This document shows positions 1 to 9,501 of a stretch of 64,000 bases of DNA, one piece after another (position 1 is the first letter of the stretch; each line of letters begins with the position of its first letter). The DNA is from an uncultured Planctomycetota bacterium (lineage in GTDB: Bacteria > Planctomycetota > PLA2 > JAEUHO01): positions 288,001 through 352,000 of the forward strand of contig CAVVXN010000005.1 of assembly GCA_963752285.1 (NCBI GenBank), read 5' to 3'. The position numbers were made by a program, and so were the translations under genes. The notes beneath the pieces were generated by a model, which saw nothing but the letters and a program-made list of their open reading frames with translations, was not told the DNA's origin and made no database searches.

Positions 1-303
1 CGCGCGGGCCACGACGTCGATCGTCGCGGGGATCCGCTCGGGCCGGGCGGCGGCCTCCTCGCGCCGGCGGCGCCTCGCGGTGGTGCGCCAGAGCCCGCGC
101 GCGGCGTTTCGCGCGACGTGGGCGAGCCAGGCGGGCAGCGCCCGAGCGTCCCTCGGCGGGCGTTCGAGGGCGCGCCGCCACGTCTCCTGGACGACGTCGT
201 CGGCGTCGGCTTCGTCCTCGACGAGCCGGAGCGCGAGCCGGCGGAGCCAGCCCTCGTGCCGGAGGAGCGAGGCGGGATCGGGCGGGGTGGGGGAGGCGCC
301 CAT
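1..303 (-). CDS. ECF RNA polymerase sigma factor, N-terminal part (runs off window)
   Basis: Minus-strand translation from ATG at 303 gives MGASPTPPDPASLLRHEGWLRRLALRLVEDEADADDVVQETW...PAWLAHVARN, the sigma70 region 2 pattern. Confidence 0.8.
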   Translation of the reverse strand, partial: MGASPTPPDPASLLRHEGWLRRLALRLVEDEADADDVVQETWRRALERPPRDARALPAWLAHVARNAARGLWRTTARRRRREEAAARPERIPATIDVVARA

Positions 304-384
304 CGACCGCCTACAGGATGCCGCGAACCCGCATCCTGTTCCCAGGTCCCGCTCGGCGACCTCCCCAGAGCGCGGCGCGGCCGC

Positions 385-795
385 TCAGAAGGCGATGCCG
401 TCCTTCCAGAGGGCGACCTCGATCTCGTACCCCGAGGGGTCGGAGACGTACCAGGAGGTCGAGTGCGGCCAGCGGACCGGCCCGCCATACTGGACCTCCA
501 CGTTCTCGCGGTGGAGCGTGTCCTCCCACGCGGCCCGGTCGTCGATCCGGAGCCCGAAGTGGGCGACGCCGAGGAGCCCCTTCTCCGCGAGCCCGTCCCC
601 GCCGTCGGGGGAGGCCCGCTCGGGATGCTCGTAGAGGCAGAGCAGGGCGCCCTCGCTCCGGACGATCGCCCAGGGCGCGCCGTCGTAGACGCCGTCCTCC
701 ACCTTCTCGAACCCGAAGACGCGACCGTACCAGTCGAGGCTCTCCGCGAGATCTCGAACCGACATGTTCAGGTGGTCCAGGGCCACGGCCTTCAT
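385..795 (-). CDS. VOC/glyoxalase family protein
   Basis: LDHLNMSVRDL...WYGRVFGF, HFGLRI and YVSDPSGYEIEV motifs; GGAGG RBS. Confidence 0.9.
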   Translation of the reverse strand: MKAVALDHLNMSVRDLAESLDWYGRVFGFEKVEDGVYDGAPWAIVRSEGALLCLYEHPERASPDGGDGLAEKGLLGVAHFGLRIDDRAAWEDTLHRENVEVQYGGPVRWPHSTSWYVSDPSGYEIEVALWKDGIAF

Positions 796-903
796 GGGAC
801 CTCCAGATAAAGAAAGGATCTGCTTTCGATAGGAGAGCCCCGCGGCCTGGATTGGTCAAGCCCGGTATTTCGAAACCCCGGTGCCCGACGTACGATCCGG
901 GAC

Positions 904-1551
904 ATGCGTCCCGCCCCCGATGCGCCGCCGGCCGAGAAGATCCTCTTCGACCTGAAGATCCAGGGCCCGAAGACCACGGCGGCGCTGGCCCGCCGCCTCG
1001 GCGTGACGTCGGTGGCCGTCCGCCAGCAGCTCGCCCGCCTCGAGGCCGACGGGCTCGTCGTGCGCGAGACGGAGGCCGGCCGCGTCGGACGCCCGCGGCA
1101 CGTGTGGGACCTCTCTCCCGCCGCCTCGGCCCGCTTCCCGGACGCGCACGCGGAGCTCGCCGTCGGCTTCCTCGAGTCGGTGCGGCGCTCGTTCGGCGAG
1201 GACGGTCTTCAGAAGCTCGTCGAGGACCGCCGCCGGGCGCAGCAGGAGGCCTATCGCCGCCGTGTCCCCGGCCCCGAGGCGCCGCTCGAGCGGCGCGTCG
1301 CCGCGCTCGCGAAGCTCCGTCGGGACGAGGGTTACATGGCCGTCTGGTCGCGCTCGAAGGACGGCACGTTCCTCCTCGCGGAGAACCACTGCCCGATCTG
1401 CAGCGCGGCCCGCGTGTGCGTCGGTCTCTGCGCGGCGGAGCTCCGGCTCTTCCGGGCCCTCCTCGGTCCGGGCGTCGCGGTCGAGCGCGAGGAGTACGTG
1501 CTCGACGGCGACCGCCGGTGCCTCTACCGCATTCGGGCGGACGCCGGCTGA
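904..1551 (+). CDS. HTH transcriptional regulator, SufR/COG2345-like, probably metal or Fe-S binding
   Basis: N-terminal HTH (LARRLGVTSVAVRQQLARLEADGLV, GRP); C-terminal ENHCPI...C...E...C. Confidence 0.85.
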   Translation: MRPAPDAPPAEKILFDLKIQGPKTTAALARRLGVTSVAVRQQLARLEADGLVVRETEAGRVGRPRHVWDLSPAASARFPDAHAELAVGFLESVRRSFGEDGLQKLVEDRRRAQQEAYRRRVPGPEAPLERRVAALAKLRRDEGYMAVWSRSKDGTFLLAENHCPICSAARVCVGLCAAELRLFRALLGPGVAVEREEYVLDGDRRCLYRIRADAG

Positions 1552-1561
1552 GGCCGCCGCG

Positions 1562-2866
1562 TCAGAGTCGCTCGAGCCATCGGCGCAGGAGGTCGATCGC
1601 CTCGATCGTCGGCGCGGCGTGTTCCGTGACCCACGCGTCGTCGAGCTTCGTCCCGTTCGCGGCCGCGGCGAGCGCCGCGCCCCCGTCGAAGTCCACGTAC
1701 GCGAGGCGCGCGGTGAGCTCGGAGCCGGGGCGTCCGAAGACGACGCCGGGAAGGATCGCCACGCCGGTGTCCGTCAGCAGGCGCTCCGCGAGACGTTCCG
1801 CCGCGTCGAGACCGCGCGCGGCCAGGCGGTCGCGATGGGCCTCGAAGTCGGGGAAGAGGTAGAAACCGCCCGCCGGCGCCGGACAACGCACGTCCGCCGC
1901 GGAGAGCCGGTGGTGCGTCGCGCGCCCGATCGCCGACAGGACCCGGCGTGAGCGCGCGAGGTAGTCGTCGATCTCGGCGCTCCCCACGAAGGCGGTGACC
2001 GCGGCGTACTGGATGGGCGCGCTCGTCGAGGTGAACGTCTCGCTCGCGGCGGACGCCATCGCGTCGAGGAGCCACCGAAGCCCGCTCGGGAACACGAAGG
2101 TGCCGAGGCGCCACCCCCCGGCCCCGCACCACTTGCTGAGCCCCGACGAGATGATCGTCCCCTCGGGGTAGAAACGCGCGATCGACACGTGCTGCCCGCG
2201 GTGGTGGAGCTCGCCGTAGATCTCGTCCGAGAGGAGCACGACGCGGTGCCGGCGGGCCACACGCGCGATCTGCTTCAGCTCGTCGAGCGTGAACGTCGCG
2301 CCCGTCGGGTTGCTCGGGTAGTTGAGCACCACGATCCGCGGACGATCTTGATCGACCCCGCAGATGGCCTCGAGGCCTTCGGCCGTGAGCATCCAGTCGT
2401 CCTCGCGCCGGGTGGGGACGAGCTGGACGGTGCGTCCGAGGATCCGCGCCTGCGGCGCGTAGGACACCCATGCCGGCGTCGGCACGACGAGGTCGCCGTA
2501 GTACACCAGCTGGAGCAGGAACATCAGCTCCTTGCTCCCGGGGCCGATCAGCACGTCCGCCCCGGCGCGGGCGACGCCGACGGCCCGCTCGGTGTACGCC
2601 GCCACCGCCTCGCGGAGGGCCGGAAGGCCCTGGACCGGCAGGTAGTCCTTCTCGTGCGCGTGGCGCCGGAGCGACTCCACCACCTGGTCGGGCACGGGGA
2701 AGGGCGACTGGCCGAGTCCGAGCTTGTGGACGGGCTTCCCCGCGGCCCGGAGCGCGTTCGAACGCTCGTTGATCGCGATCGTCGCCGAGTGGCCCATCCC
2801 GCGGACGTTCAAGTTGAGGATCTTGTCCGGGGGGAGCGGACTCCGCCGCGGGGCGCGCATGGTCAT
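1562..2866 (-). CDS. PLP-dependent aminotransferase class I/II (aspartate aminotransferase-like)
   Basis: NYPSNPTG, SDEIY, SGLSKWCGAGGWRLG (PLP lysine) and GGFYLF motifs; start codon approximate. Confidence 0.9.
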   Translation of the reverse strand: MTMRAPRRSPLPPDKILNLNVRGMGHSATIAINERSNALRAAGKPVHKLGLGQSPFPVPDQVVESLRRHAHEKDYLPVQGLPALREAVAAYTERAVGVARAGADVLIGPGSKELMFLLQLVYYGDLVVPTPAWVSYAPQARILGRTVQLVPTRREDDWMLTAEGLEAICGVDQDRPRIVVLNYPSNPTGATFTLDELKQIARVARRHRVVLLSDEIYGELHHRGQHVSIARFYPEGTIISSGLSKWCGAGGWRLGTFVFPSGLRWLLDAMASAASETFTSTSAPIQYAAVTAFVGSAEIDDYLARSRRVLSAIGRATHHRLSAADVRCPAPAGGFYLFPDFEAHRDRLAARGLDAAERLAERLLTDTGVAILPGVVFGRPGSELTARLAYVDFDGGAALAAAANGTKLDDAWVTEHAAPTIEAIDLLRRWLERL

Positions 2867-2876
2867 GGGCCCGACC

Positions 2877-3815
2877 CTACACCCGTCCTGCCGATCGGGC
2901 CACGCCCCCGCCCGGCCCGTCGCTCCAGGCGTCCAGACGGACGCGGTCCGCAAGCCCGGCGCGCGCGCCCACCTGCGTGGCGACCCCCGCGGCGACCCAC
3001 GCCGCGAGCTCGAAGGTCCGCTCGACGTCCCACCCGCGGAGCCAGCCCTCGATCACCGCGGCGTGGAACGCGTCCCCGCAGCCGGTCGTGTCCACCACCT
3101 CGACGCGGCGCGCCGGGCGCTCGATCAGGCGTCCCCCCGCGAGCACGACGTAGCCGCGCTCGCCCAACGTGACCCCGGCCACCTCGGCGCCGTGCTCGGC
3201 GATCTTCCGGCACGCGCCCACCGGGTCGTCGCCGCCCACGAACGCGCGCGCGAAGGACGACGACGCGACGAACACGTGCGCGTGGTCGAGGAGCGCCCGG
3301 GTGCCGTCGCGGAGGGTCCCCGCGTCCACGACGACCCGCGGCGCGGCGCGCGCGAGGGAGAGGGAGGCGTCCTCGTAGAGCCCGTCCGACAGGAAGACCT
3401 TCGCACGGGGCCAGTGGACCTCGCGGGCGTTTGGCGGCGCGCCCGTCGGGCGCTGCCAGGCGATCTGCCGTCTCCCCGTCCGCTCGTCGATCGCGATCGA
3501 GGCCTCCTGCGAGCGCGTTCCCGGCCGGACGAGGAGCTGCGCGAGGTCCACGCCCTCCGCGCGAAGGTCCCGGGCGAGGATCCCACCCGCGTCGTCGTCG
3601 CCGACGACCCCCGCGAAGGCCGTCCGCCGTCCCCATCGGGCGAGGGCGACGAGCGCGCTCGCCACGGGGCCGCCGCTCGCCACCGCGAGCGACCTCCCCT
3701 CGAGCTTCTCGTCCTCGCCGAGGGCGTGGGGCACGAGGAGGAGCCGGTCGAGGGCGACCTGTCCGAGCCCGAACACCTCGGGCGCCGACGCGGGGGATCG
3801 TCCGGCCCGGCTCAC
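2877..3815 (-). CDS. PfkB family carbohydrate kinase
   Basis: GGPVASALVALARWG, GVVGDD, VTLGERG and VVDTTGCGDAF signatures; GTG start after GGAGG. Confidence 0.9.
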   Translation of the reverse strand: MSRAGRSPASAPEVFGLGQVALDRLLLVPHALGEDEKLEGRSLAVASGGPVASALVALARWGRRTAFAGVVGDDDAGGILARDLRAEGVDLAQLLVRPGTRSQEASIAIDERTGRRQIAWQRPTGAPPNAREVHWPRAKVFLSDGLYEDASLSLARAAPRVVVDAGTLRDGTRALLDHAHVFVASSSFARAFVGGDDPVGACRKIAEHGAEVAGVTLGERGYVVLAGGRLIERPARRVEVVDTTGCGDAFHAAVIEGWLRGWDVERTFELAAWVAAGVATQVGARAGLADRVRLDAWSDGPGGGVARSAGRV

Positions 3816-3861
3816 CCCTCCACCTTCGCACGCGCGGCCCCCGGGCGATACTCGTCCGGCC

Positions 3862-4626
3862 GTGCCCGACCGCCGACGCCACCGCGGACCGAGTCCCCTG
3901 GACGACGCGCTCTTCGCGCCGGACGCCCTCCCGCCGCTTCGCGCGGCGGCGCAAGACCTCGCGTGGCTCCTCACGCGGGGGTACGTCGTGCCGTCGGCCC
4001 TGAAGCTCGTGGGCGACCGGCACGGCCTCCGCGAACGGCAGCGCATGGCGGTGTACCGATCGACCTGCAGCGACCCGGAGCGCGCCGCGCGGCGCGCGCG
4101 CGAGGTCGATCCGCGCGACCTCGCCGGCGCCGACGTGTGGATCGACGGGCTGAACGTCCTGATCACCGTCGAGGCCGCGCTGGCCGGGGGCGCGCTCCTC
4201 CTCGGTCGCGACGGCTGTCTCCGCGACCTCGCGAGCCTCTCCGGGAGCTTCCACCGCGTCCTCGAGACCGACGCCGCGCTCGGCGCGATCGGCGCCTGGC
4301 TCGCGACCCGTGACGTGCGTCTCGCGCGATGGCTCCTCGACCGGCCCGTCTCGAACAGCGGACGGCTCGCGGCGCGCATGCGCGAGGTCGCGGCCGCGTC
4401 GGGGTTCCCCTGGGAGGTGGAGCTCGTTCCGAGCCCGGACGCGGCGCTCGCCGGCGCGCCGGTCGTCGTCGCGACGTCCGACCGCGCGGTGCTGGACCGC
4501 GCGGCCCGCTGGCTGAACCTCGCCCGACACGTCGTGGCGGCCACGGTCCCGGGCGCGAGGTGGATCTCGTTCGAGGACGGGCCGGCGAGTGGGGACGCAC
4601 GAGGACCGGCCGAGCAGGGCCAGTAG
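3862..4626 (+). CDS. DUF434 domain protein (PIN-like)
   Basis: MPDRRRHRGP...DLAWLLTRGY...IDGLNVLITVEAAL...DGCLRDLA...PVSNSGRL. Confidence 0.8.
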   Translation: MPDRRRHRGPSPLDDALFAPDALPPLRAAAQDLAWLLTRGYVVPSALKLVGDRHGLRERQRMAVYRSTCSDPERAARRAREVDPRDLAGADVWIDGLNVLITVEAALAGGALLLGRDGCLRDLASLSGSFHRVLETDAALGAIGAWLATRDVRLARWLLDRPVSNSGRLAARMREVAAASGFPWEVELVPSPDAALAGAPVVVATSDRAVLDRAARWLNLARHVVAATVPGARWISFEDGPASGDARGPAEQGQ

Positions 4627-4666
4627 CATGGGCGGCGACAAGCCCGCGCGCCGCGAGGAGCCCGCC

Positions 4667-5176
4667 GTGACCCACCCGACCGACGACGCCCACGCCCACG
4701 AGCTCGCCGGCGAGCTCGGGCACGAGGACGGGATCCGACGCCAGCGCGCGCGGCATCACCTCGTCTTCCTCGGGTCCGCCTCCGTCCCCGCGCTCGTCAG
4801 GGCGCTCAGGAGCCCCGACCGCACGGTCCGGTGGGAGGCGGCGAAGGCCCTCGTCGGGCTTCGGGACCCGCGCGCGCTCGAGGCCCTCGGTCACGCCCTG
4901 GCCGACGAGGACGACGGCGTGTCCTGGCTCGCCGCGATGGCGCTGATCGAGCTCGGCCGCCCCGGGCTCGAGGCCGCCCTCCGCGCCGTGACGCAGCACC
5001 CGTCGTCCTACAACGTCGGCGTCGGGGCGCACCACGTGATGCACGAGCTCGGCAAGAAGGGCTACGCCGAGATCCTGGCGCCGGCCATGCGCGCGCTCGA
5101 GAGCATGGAGCGCGAGTCCGCGGCCCCCGGCGCCTGCGAGCGCGCGCTCGAGGCGCTCGAAGCCCTCGACGCGTAG
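4667..5176 (+). CDS. HEAT-repeat protein
   Basis: VPALVRAL...VRWEAAKAL...ALADEDDGVSWLAAMAL; GAGGAG RBS before GTG. Confidence 0.8.
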   Translation: MTHPTDDAHAHELAGELGHEDGIRRQRARHHLVFLGSASVPALVRALRSPDRTVRWEAAKALVGLRDPRALEALGHALADEDDGVSWLAAMALIELGRPGLEAALRAVTQHPSSYNVGVGAHHVMHELGKKGYAEILAPAMRALESMERESAAPGACERALEALEALDA

Positions 5177-5210
5177 TCGAGCTCGGGCCGTTGGCCCGCG
5201 TGGCGGGCGT

Positions 5211-5792
5211 TCAGGGGCGCGCGGGGAGGGGGCGGATCCGCTTCGCGAGGGCGAGGCAGGTCGCGAAGGCGGGATGCTCCTTCGTCCCGAGGAGCTCGTA
5301 CATCGCCGAGAGGACGCCCGTCGGCACGGCGCCGGCTCTCTCCATGCGCCGCAGCGCCGGGGCGATCTGCCAGGTCTGCCCGGCCGTGACCGCGTCCGTC
5401 GCCACGAACGCCGTGCGTCCGGACGCGGTGAGGTCGAGAACGGTCTGGAGTACGCACACGTGCGCCTCGATCCCGCACACGAGGACCTCGGACCGCCGCC
5501 ACGCGCCGAGGGCGTCCTCCACCTCGGGGACGAGCGCGCTGAAGCGGCTCTTGGTCACGCGGCGCACCGAGGGCCCCAGGCGGCGCGCGATCGAGCCGAC
5601 CGTCGGCCCGAGACCGCGCGGGTACTGTTCGGTGACGATCGCCGGGAGGCCGAGCGCCTCCGCCATCTCCACCAGGACGAGGACGTTCTCCACGAGCGCC
5701 TCCGCCGACGCGAGGGTCGGCATCAGGCGCTCCTGCACGTCCACGACGAGGAGAGCGGTGTCGTGCTCGTCGAGTCGGGGGATCGCGGGCAT
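5211..5792 (-). CDS. Isochorismatase family hydrolase
   Basis: LLVVDVQERL, TEQYPRGLGPT, K-x-RFS and GIEAHVCVLQT. Confidence 0.9.
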   Translation of the reverse strand: MPAIPRLDEHDTALLVVDVQERLMPTLASAEALVENVLVLVEMAEALGLPAIVTEQYPRGLGPTVGSIARRLGPSVRRVTKSRFSALVPEVEDALGAWRRSEVLVCGIEAHVCVLQTVLDLTASGRTAFVATDAVTAGQTWQIAPALRRMERAGAVPTGVLSAMYELLGTKEHPAFATCLALAKRIRPLPARP

Positions 5793-5898
5793 CGCGGAAG
5801 CCTACCGGCGCGCCGGGGCGCCTGCCGCGCCCGCGCGCGTGGCGAGGAAGTCCGGCCTCGGTGGGGCGCATCGGCGGTCCCTCCCGTAGGATGGGCGG

Positions 5899-6606
5899 AT
5901 GCGCGTCGCGCTCTTCGTGCCGTGCTTCGTGAACCTGCTCTCGCCCGAGGTCGGGCTGCGCACCGCGCGGCTGCTCGAGCGTCTCGGGCACGAGGTGGTC
6001 GCGCCCGCGGGTCAGACCTGCTGCGGGCAACCGGCGCTCAACTCCGGGCGGCTCTCCGAGGCGCGGCTCGTCGCGTCGCGGCAGCTCGACGTCCTCGCCC
6101 GGGCCGAGGCCGAAGCGGTCGTGGCCCCCTCCGGTTCGTGCGTCGCGGCGATCACGAGGCTGGCGCGCCACCACCTGGGCCTCGACCACCCGTTGATGGC
6201 CCGGACGTACGAGCTCTCCTCGTTCCTCGTGGACGTCCTCGGGGTGGAGGACGTGGGGGCCCGCTTCGACGGGAAGGTCGCCTGGCACGACGGATGCCAC
6301 GCGCTCCGGCTCCTCGGGGTCCGCGAGGCGCCCCGCCGGCTCCTCGATCGTGTCCGGGGCCTCGAGCTCGTCGAGCTCGATCCCGCCGAGGAATGCTGTG
6401 GCTTCGGCGGCACGTTCTCCGTGAAGCTCCCCGAGGTCTCCGTTGGCATGGGCACCCGCAAGGCGCTCGCGATCGAGGCGACCGGGGCCGACGTGGTCGC
6501 CTCGGCGGAGCCGTCCTGCCTCCTCCAGATCGAGGGCGTGTTGAAGCGGCGGGGGAGCCGCGTGCGCGCGGTCCACCTCGTGGACCTCCTCGAGGGGTCC
6601 CGGTGA
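5899..6606 (+). CDS. lutA: L-lactate utilization Fe-S protein LutA/YkgE (CCG domains)
   Basis: QTCCGQP, PSGSC, HDGCH and EECCGFGGTFSVK. Confidence 0.9.
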   Translation: MRVALFVPCFVNLLSPEVGLRTARLLERLGHEVVAPAGQTCCGQPALNSGRLSEARLVASRQLDVLARAEAEAVVAPSGSCVAAITRLARHHLGLDHPLMARTYELSSFLVDVLGVEDVGARFDGKVAWHDGCHALRLLGVREAPRRLLDRVRGLELVELDPAEECCGFGGTFSVKLPEVSVGMGTRKALAIEATGADVVASAEPSCLLQIEGVLKRRGSRVRAVHLVDLLEGSR

Positions 6607-7985
6607 AGGGGCCGCTCGCCGACGCCTCGCGCCGCGCCGCCTCCGACGCCGTGCTCGGAAGGAACGTGCTCCGGGCCACGAACGCGTCGCTCGCGCACCG
6701 CGCCACGGCCGTCGCGGAGCGCCCCGACTGGGACCAGCTCCGGGACCGTGCGGCCCGCCTCAAGGACCATGCGCTCACGAACCTCGACGTGCTCCTCGAC
6801 CGCTTCGTCACGGAGGCGACGCGCCGCGGGGCGATCGTCCACTTGGAGACCGACGCCGAGGCCGCGCGTCGGCGGATCGTCGGGATCGTCCGCGACGCGG
6901 GCGGCCGGCACGTCTTGAAGTCCAAGTCGATGACGACGGAGGAGATCGACCTCAACCCCGCGCTCGAGGCCGCGGGTGCGGTGCCCCTCGAAACGGACCT
7001 CGGCGAGTTCATCGTCCAGCTCGCGGGGGAGCCGCCGTCGCACATCACCGCGCCGGCGCTCCACCGCTCGGCGGAGGAGATCCTCGACCTCTTCCGGAAG
7101 CACGGGGTTCTCGAGGGGGCGGGCGAACCGCCGGCCGAGCGAAAGGACCTGCCCACGTGGCTCAGCCTCGCGGCGCGCGCGCACCTTCGCGCGCGCCTCC
7201 TCGCGGCCGACGTCGGCGTCACCGGCGCGAACGCCCTGGTGGCCGACACGGGGACCGTCGTGCTGCTCGAGAACGAGGGCAACATCCGATACACCTTGCT
7301 CTCGCCGAGGGTGCAGATCGCCGTGGCCGGAATCGAGAAGCTCGTCCCGCGCCTCGAGGACCTCGCGACGATCCTCCCCCTCCTCACGCGGTCGGCGACG
7401 GGCCAGCGGATGACGACGTACGTCTCGATGCTCTCGGGGCCGGTGTCGGGCGCGCTCCACGTCGTGCTGATCGACAACGGGCGGACGCGCATGCTGGGGA
7501 ACGACGCCGAGCGCGAGATCCTGCGCTGCATCCGCTGCGGCGCGTGCATGAACGTGTGCCCCGTGTACCGGACGATCGGCGGACACGCGTACGGCGCGCC
7601 GTACCCGGGGCCGATCGGCGCGGTCCTCGTGCCGACCCTGCGCGGCCGGGACGACGACCAGGACCTTCCCTGGGCGTCCTCGCTCTGCGGCGCGTGCGCC
7701 GACGTGTGCCCCGTGAAGATCGACCTTCCCGCGCATCTCGTCCGCCTCCGGGCGCGCGCGGTCGCTCGGGGGCGGGCCGGCGGGCTCGAGTCCGCTGGCT
7801 GGCGGGTATGGCGGTACCTCGTCGGCGACCCGCGCCGACTCGAGGCCCTCGCGCGGCTCGCGCGACCGTTCCAGGGCCTCCTCTCCCGTGGCGGGCCGCT
7901 CGGGGTGTGGCGGCGCGGGCGCGCGGTCCCCCGCCTCGCCCGCCGCTCGTTCTTCGCGCGCTGGAGACGCGATGGACGTTCGTGA
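6603..7985 (+). CDS. lutB: L-lactate utilization protein LutB/YkgF (ferredoxin-type Fe-S)
   Basis: KSKSMTTEEI, ETDLGEFIVQL, CIRCGACMNVCPVY and SLCGACADVCPVKID; GTGA overlap with lutA. Confidence 0.92.
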   Translation: MKGPLADASRRAASDAVLGRNVLRATNASLAHRATAVAERPDWDQLRDRAARLKDHALTNLDVLLDRFVTEATRRGAIVHLETDAEAARRRIVGIVRDAGGRHVLKSKSMTTEEIDLNPALEAAGAVPLETDLGEFIVQLAGEPPSHITAPALHRSAEEILDLFRKHGVLEGAGEPPAERKDLPTWLSLAARAHLRARLLAADVGVTGANALVADTGTVVLLENEGNIRYTLLSPRVQIAVAGIEKLVPRLEDLATILPLLTRSATGQRMTTYVSMLSGPVSGALHVVLIDNGRTRMLGNDAEREILRCIRCGACMNVCPVYRTIGGHAYGAPYPGPIGAVLVPTLRGRDDDQDLPWASSLCGACADVCPVKIDLPAHLVRLRARAVARGRAGGLESAGWRVWRYLVGDPRRLEALARLARPFQGLLSRGGPLGVWRRGRAVPRLARRSFFARWRRDGRS

Positions 7986-8535
7986 CCGGATCGGCCGCGC
8001 GCTCCTCGGCGTCGAGCGTGTGCCTTGCCCGCCCGGCCCGCCCCCGAGCGGCGCCGACGTGGGCGAGGACCTCGGCGCGGCTTTCGACGCGGCGCTTGGC
8101 CGCGCCGGGGGCGAGGTGTTCGTGGTCCCCGACCTCGAGCACGCGCGGTCCCTCGTCCGGGAGCGCGCGCAGGGCCGCACGGTCGCGTGGGCGGACGACG
8201 CGCCCGGCGAGGACGTGCTCCGTCAGGCCGAGATCGGCGTGGACGTCGCGGACCTGCTCGTCGCGGAGACGGGTACCGTGGTGAGGACGTTCGCGTCGCC
8301 CGAGGCGGCGCGCGTCACGCTCGTCCCACCCGTCGCCGTCTTCCTCGCGAGCGACGACGCGCTCGTCCGCGACCTCCCGGAAGCCCTCCGGCGCGTCGCC
8401 GCGCGTCACGAGAGCGGACGGGCCGCGACCGTCTTCGTGACGGGGCCCAGCCGGACGGCCGACATCGAGAAGCAGCTCGTGATCCCCGCCCACGGACCGC
8501 GCGCGCTCCTCGTGATCCGCGTCGGCGCGCTCTGA
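7972..8535 (+). CDS. lutC: LUD-domain protein LutC/YkgG
   Basis: AETGTV and VTGPSRTADIEKQLVIPAHGP; third gene of the lut operon. Confidence 0.88.
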   Translation: MDVRDRIGRALLGVERVPCPPGPPPSGADVGEDLGAAFDAALGRAGGEVFVVPDLEHARSLVRERAQGRTVAWADDAPGEDVLRQAEIGVDVADLLVAETGTVVRTFASPEAARVTLVPPVAVFLASDDALVRDLPEALRRVAARHESGRAATVFVTGPSRTADIEKQLVIPAHGPRALLVIRVGAL

Positions 8536-9371
8536 TGCCCGAGCTCCCCGAGGTCGAGCACGGGCGCCGCCTCGCCCAGGCCGTCGCGGTGGGGCGGCGG
8601 ATCGTGGCGGTCCGCGCGGCGCGCGACCCGATCGTCTTCGAACGTGCGGCGCCGAGGCGCATCGAGGCCACCCTCGAGGGCCGAAGGGTTTGCGCCGCGC
8701 GGCGCCACGGGAAGCACCTGTGGCTCGAGCTCGACCGCCGGCCCTGGCCCGTCTTCCACTTCGGCATGACCGGTGCCCTTCGCGCGCCCGCGCGCCCTCG
8801 CCTCCGGCTCCGGAGTCACGGAGCGAGGCCCGACGACGGTTGGCCGCCGCGATTCGTGAAGCTCTCGCTCTCGTTCGACGACGGCGGCGAGCTCGCCTTC
8901 ACCAACGCGAGACGCCTCGGCCGCGTGCGACTCCGCGACGACCCGCCGCGCGAACCGCCGATCGTCGGTCTCGGCTTCGACCCGTTGACCGACCTCCCCA
9001 ACGGCGTGCGCTTCGCGTCGCTGCTCCTCCGCCGGCGCGGGTCGCTCAAGAGCGTCCTCCTCGACCAGTCGTTCGCGGCCGGCGTCGGAAACTGGATCGC
9101 GGACGAGACTTTGTACCAAGCGCGCCTCGACCCGCGACGCCGCGCGACGTCCCTCACGCGGGACGAGATCCTCCGATTGCGTCGCGCGCTCGGCCGGATC
9201 GTCGCGACCGCCGTGCGCGCAGACGCGGAGAAGGCGCGATTCCCCAGGACCTGGCTGTTTCATCGCCGCTGGGGCGGTCCCGAGGGCACGCATACCGTGC
9301 GCGGCGAGCCGATCGAACGATTGACCCTGGCCGGTCGCACGACGGCGTGGGTGCCGTCGGTACAGCGCTGA
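8535..9371 (+). CDS. mutM: Fpg/Nei family DNA glycosylase (zinc-finger-less type)
   Basis: [21 protein letters not shown] and [18 protein letters not shown]-terminal [11 protein letters not shown] has no cysteines. Confidence 0.88.
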   Translation: MPELPEVEHGRRLAQAVAVGRRIVAVRAARDPIVFERAAPRRIEATLEGRRVCAARRHGKHLWLELDRRPWPVFHFGMTGALRAPARPRLRLRSHGARPDDGWPPRFVKLSLSFDDGGELAFTNARRLGRVRLRDDPPREPPIVGLGFDPLTDLPNGVRFASLLLRRRGSLKSVLLDQSFAAGVGNWIADETLYQARLDPRRRATSLTRDEILRLRRALGRIVATAVRADAEKARFPRTWLFHRRWGGPEGTHTVRGEPIERLTLAGRTTAWVPSVQR

Positions 9372-9501
9372 TCGCGCGGAGCGTCGTCGCGACCGCATTG
9401 CGCGCTCGCTCCCGCCTACGTCCTCCAACTTGCGGCGGGTACGATCCGCTCGTCGTCGAGGATCGGCTCCCCTCGGACCCCGATCCGACGGAGGAGGGCC
9501 C

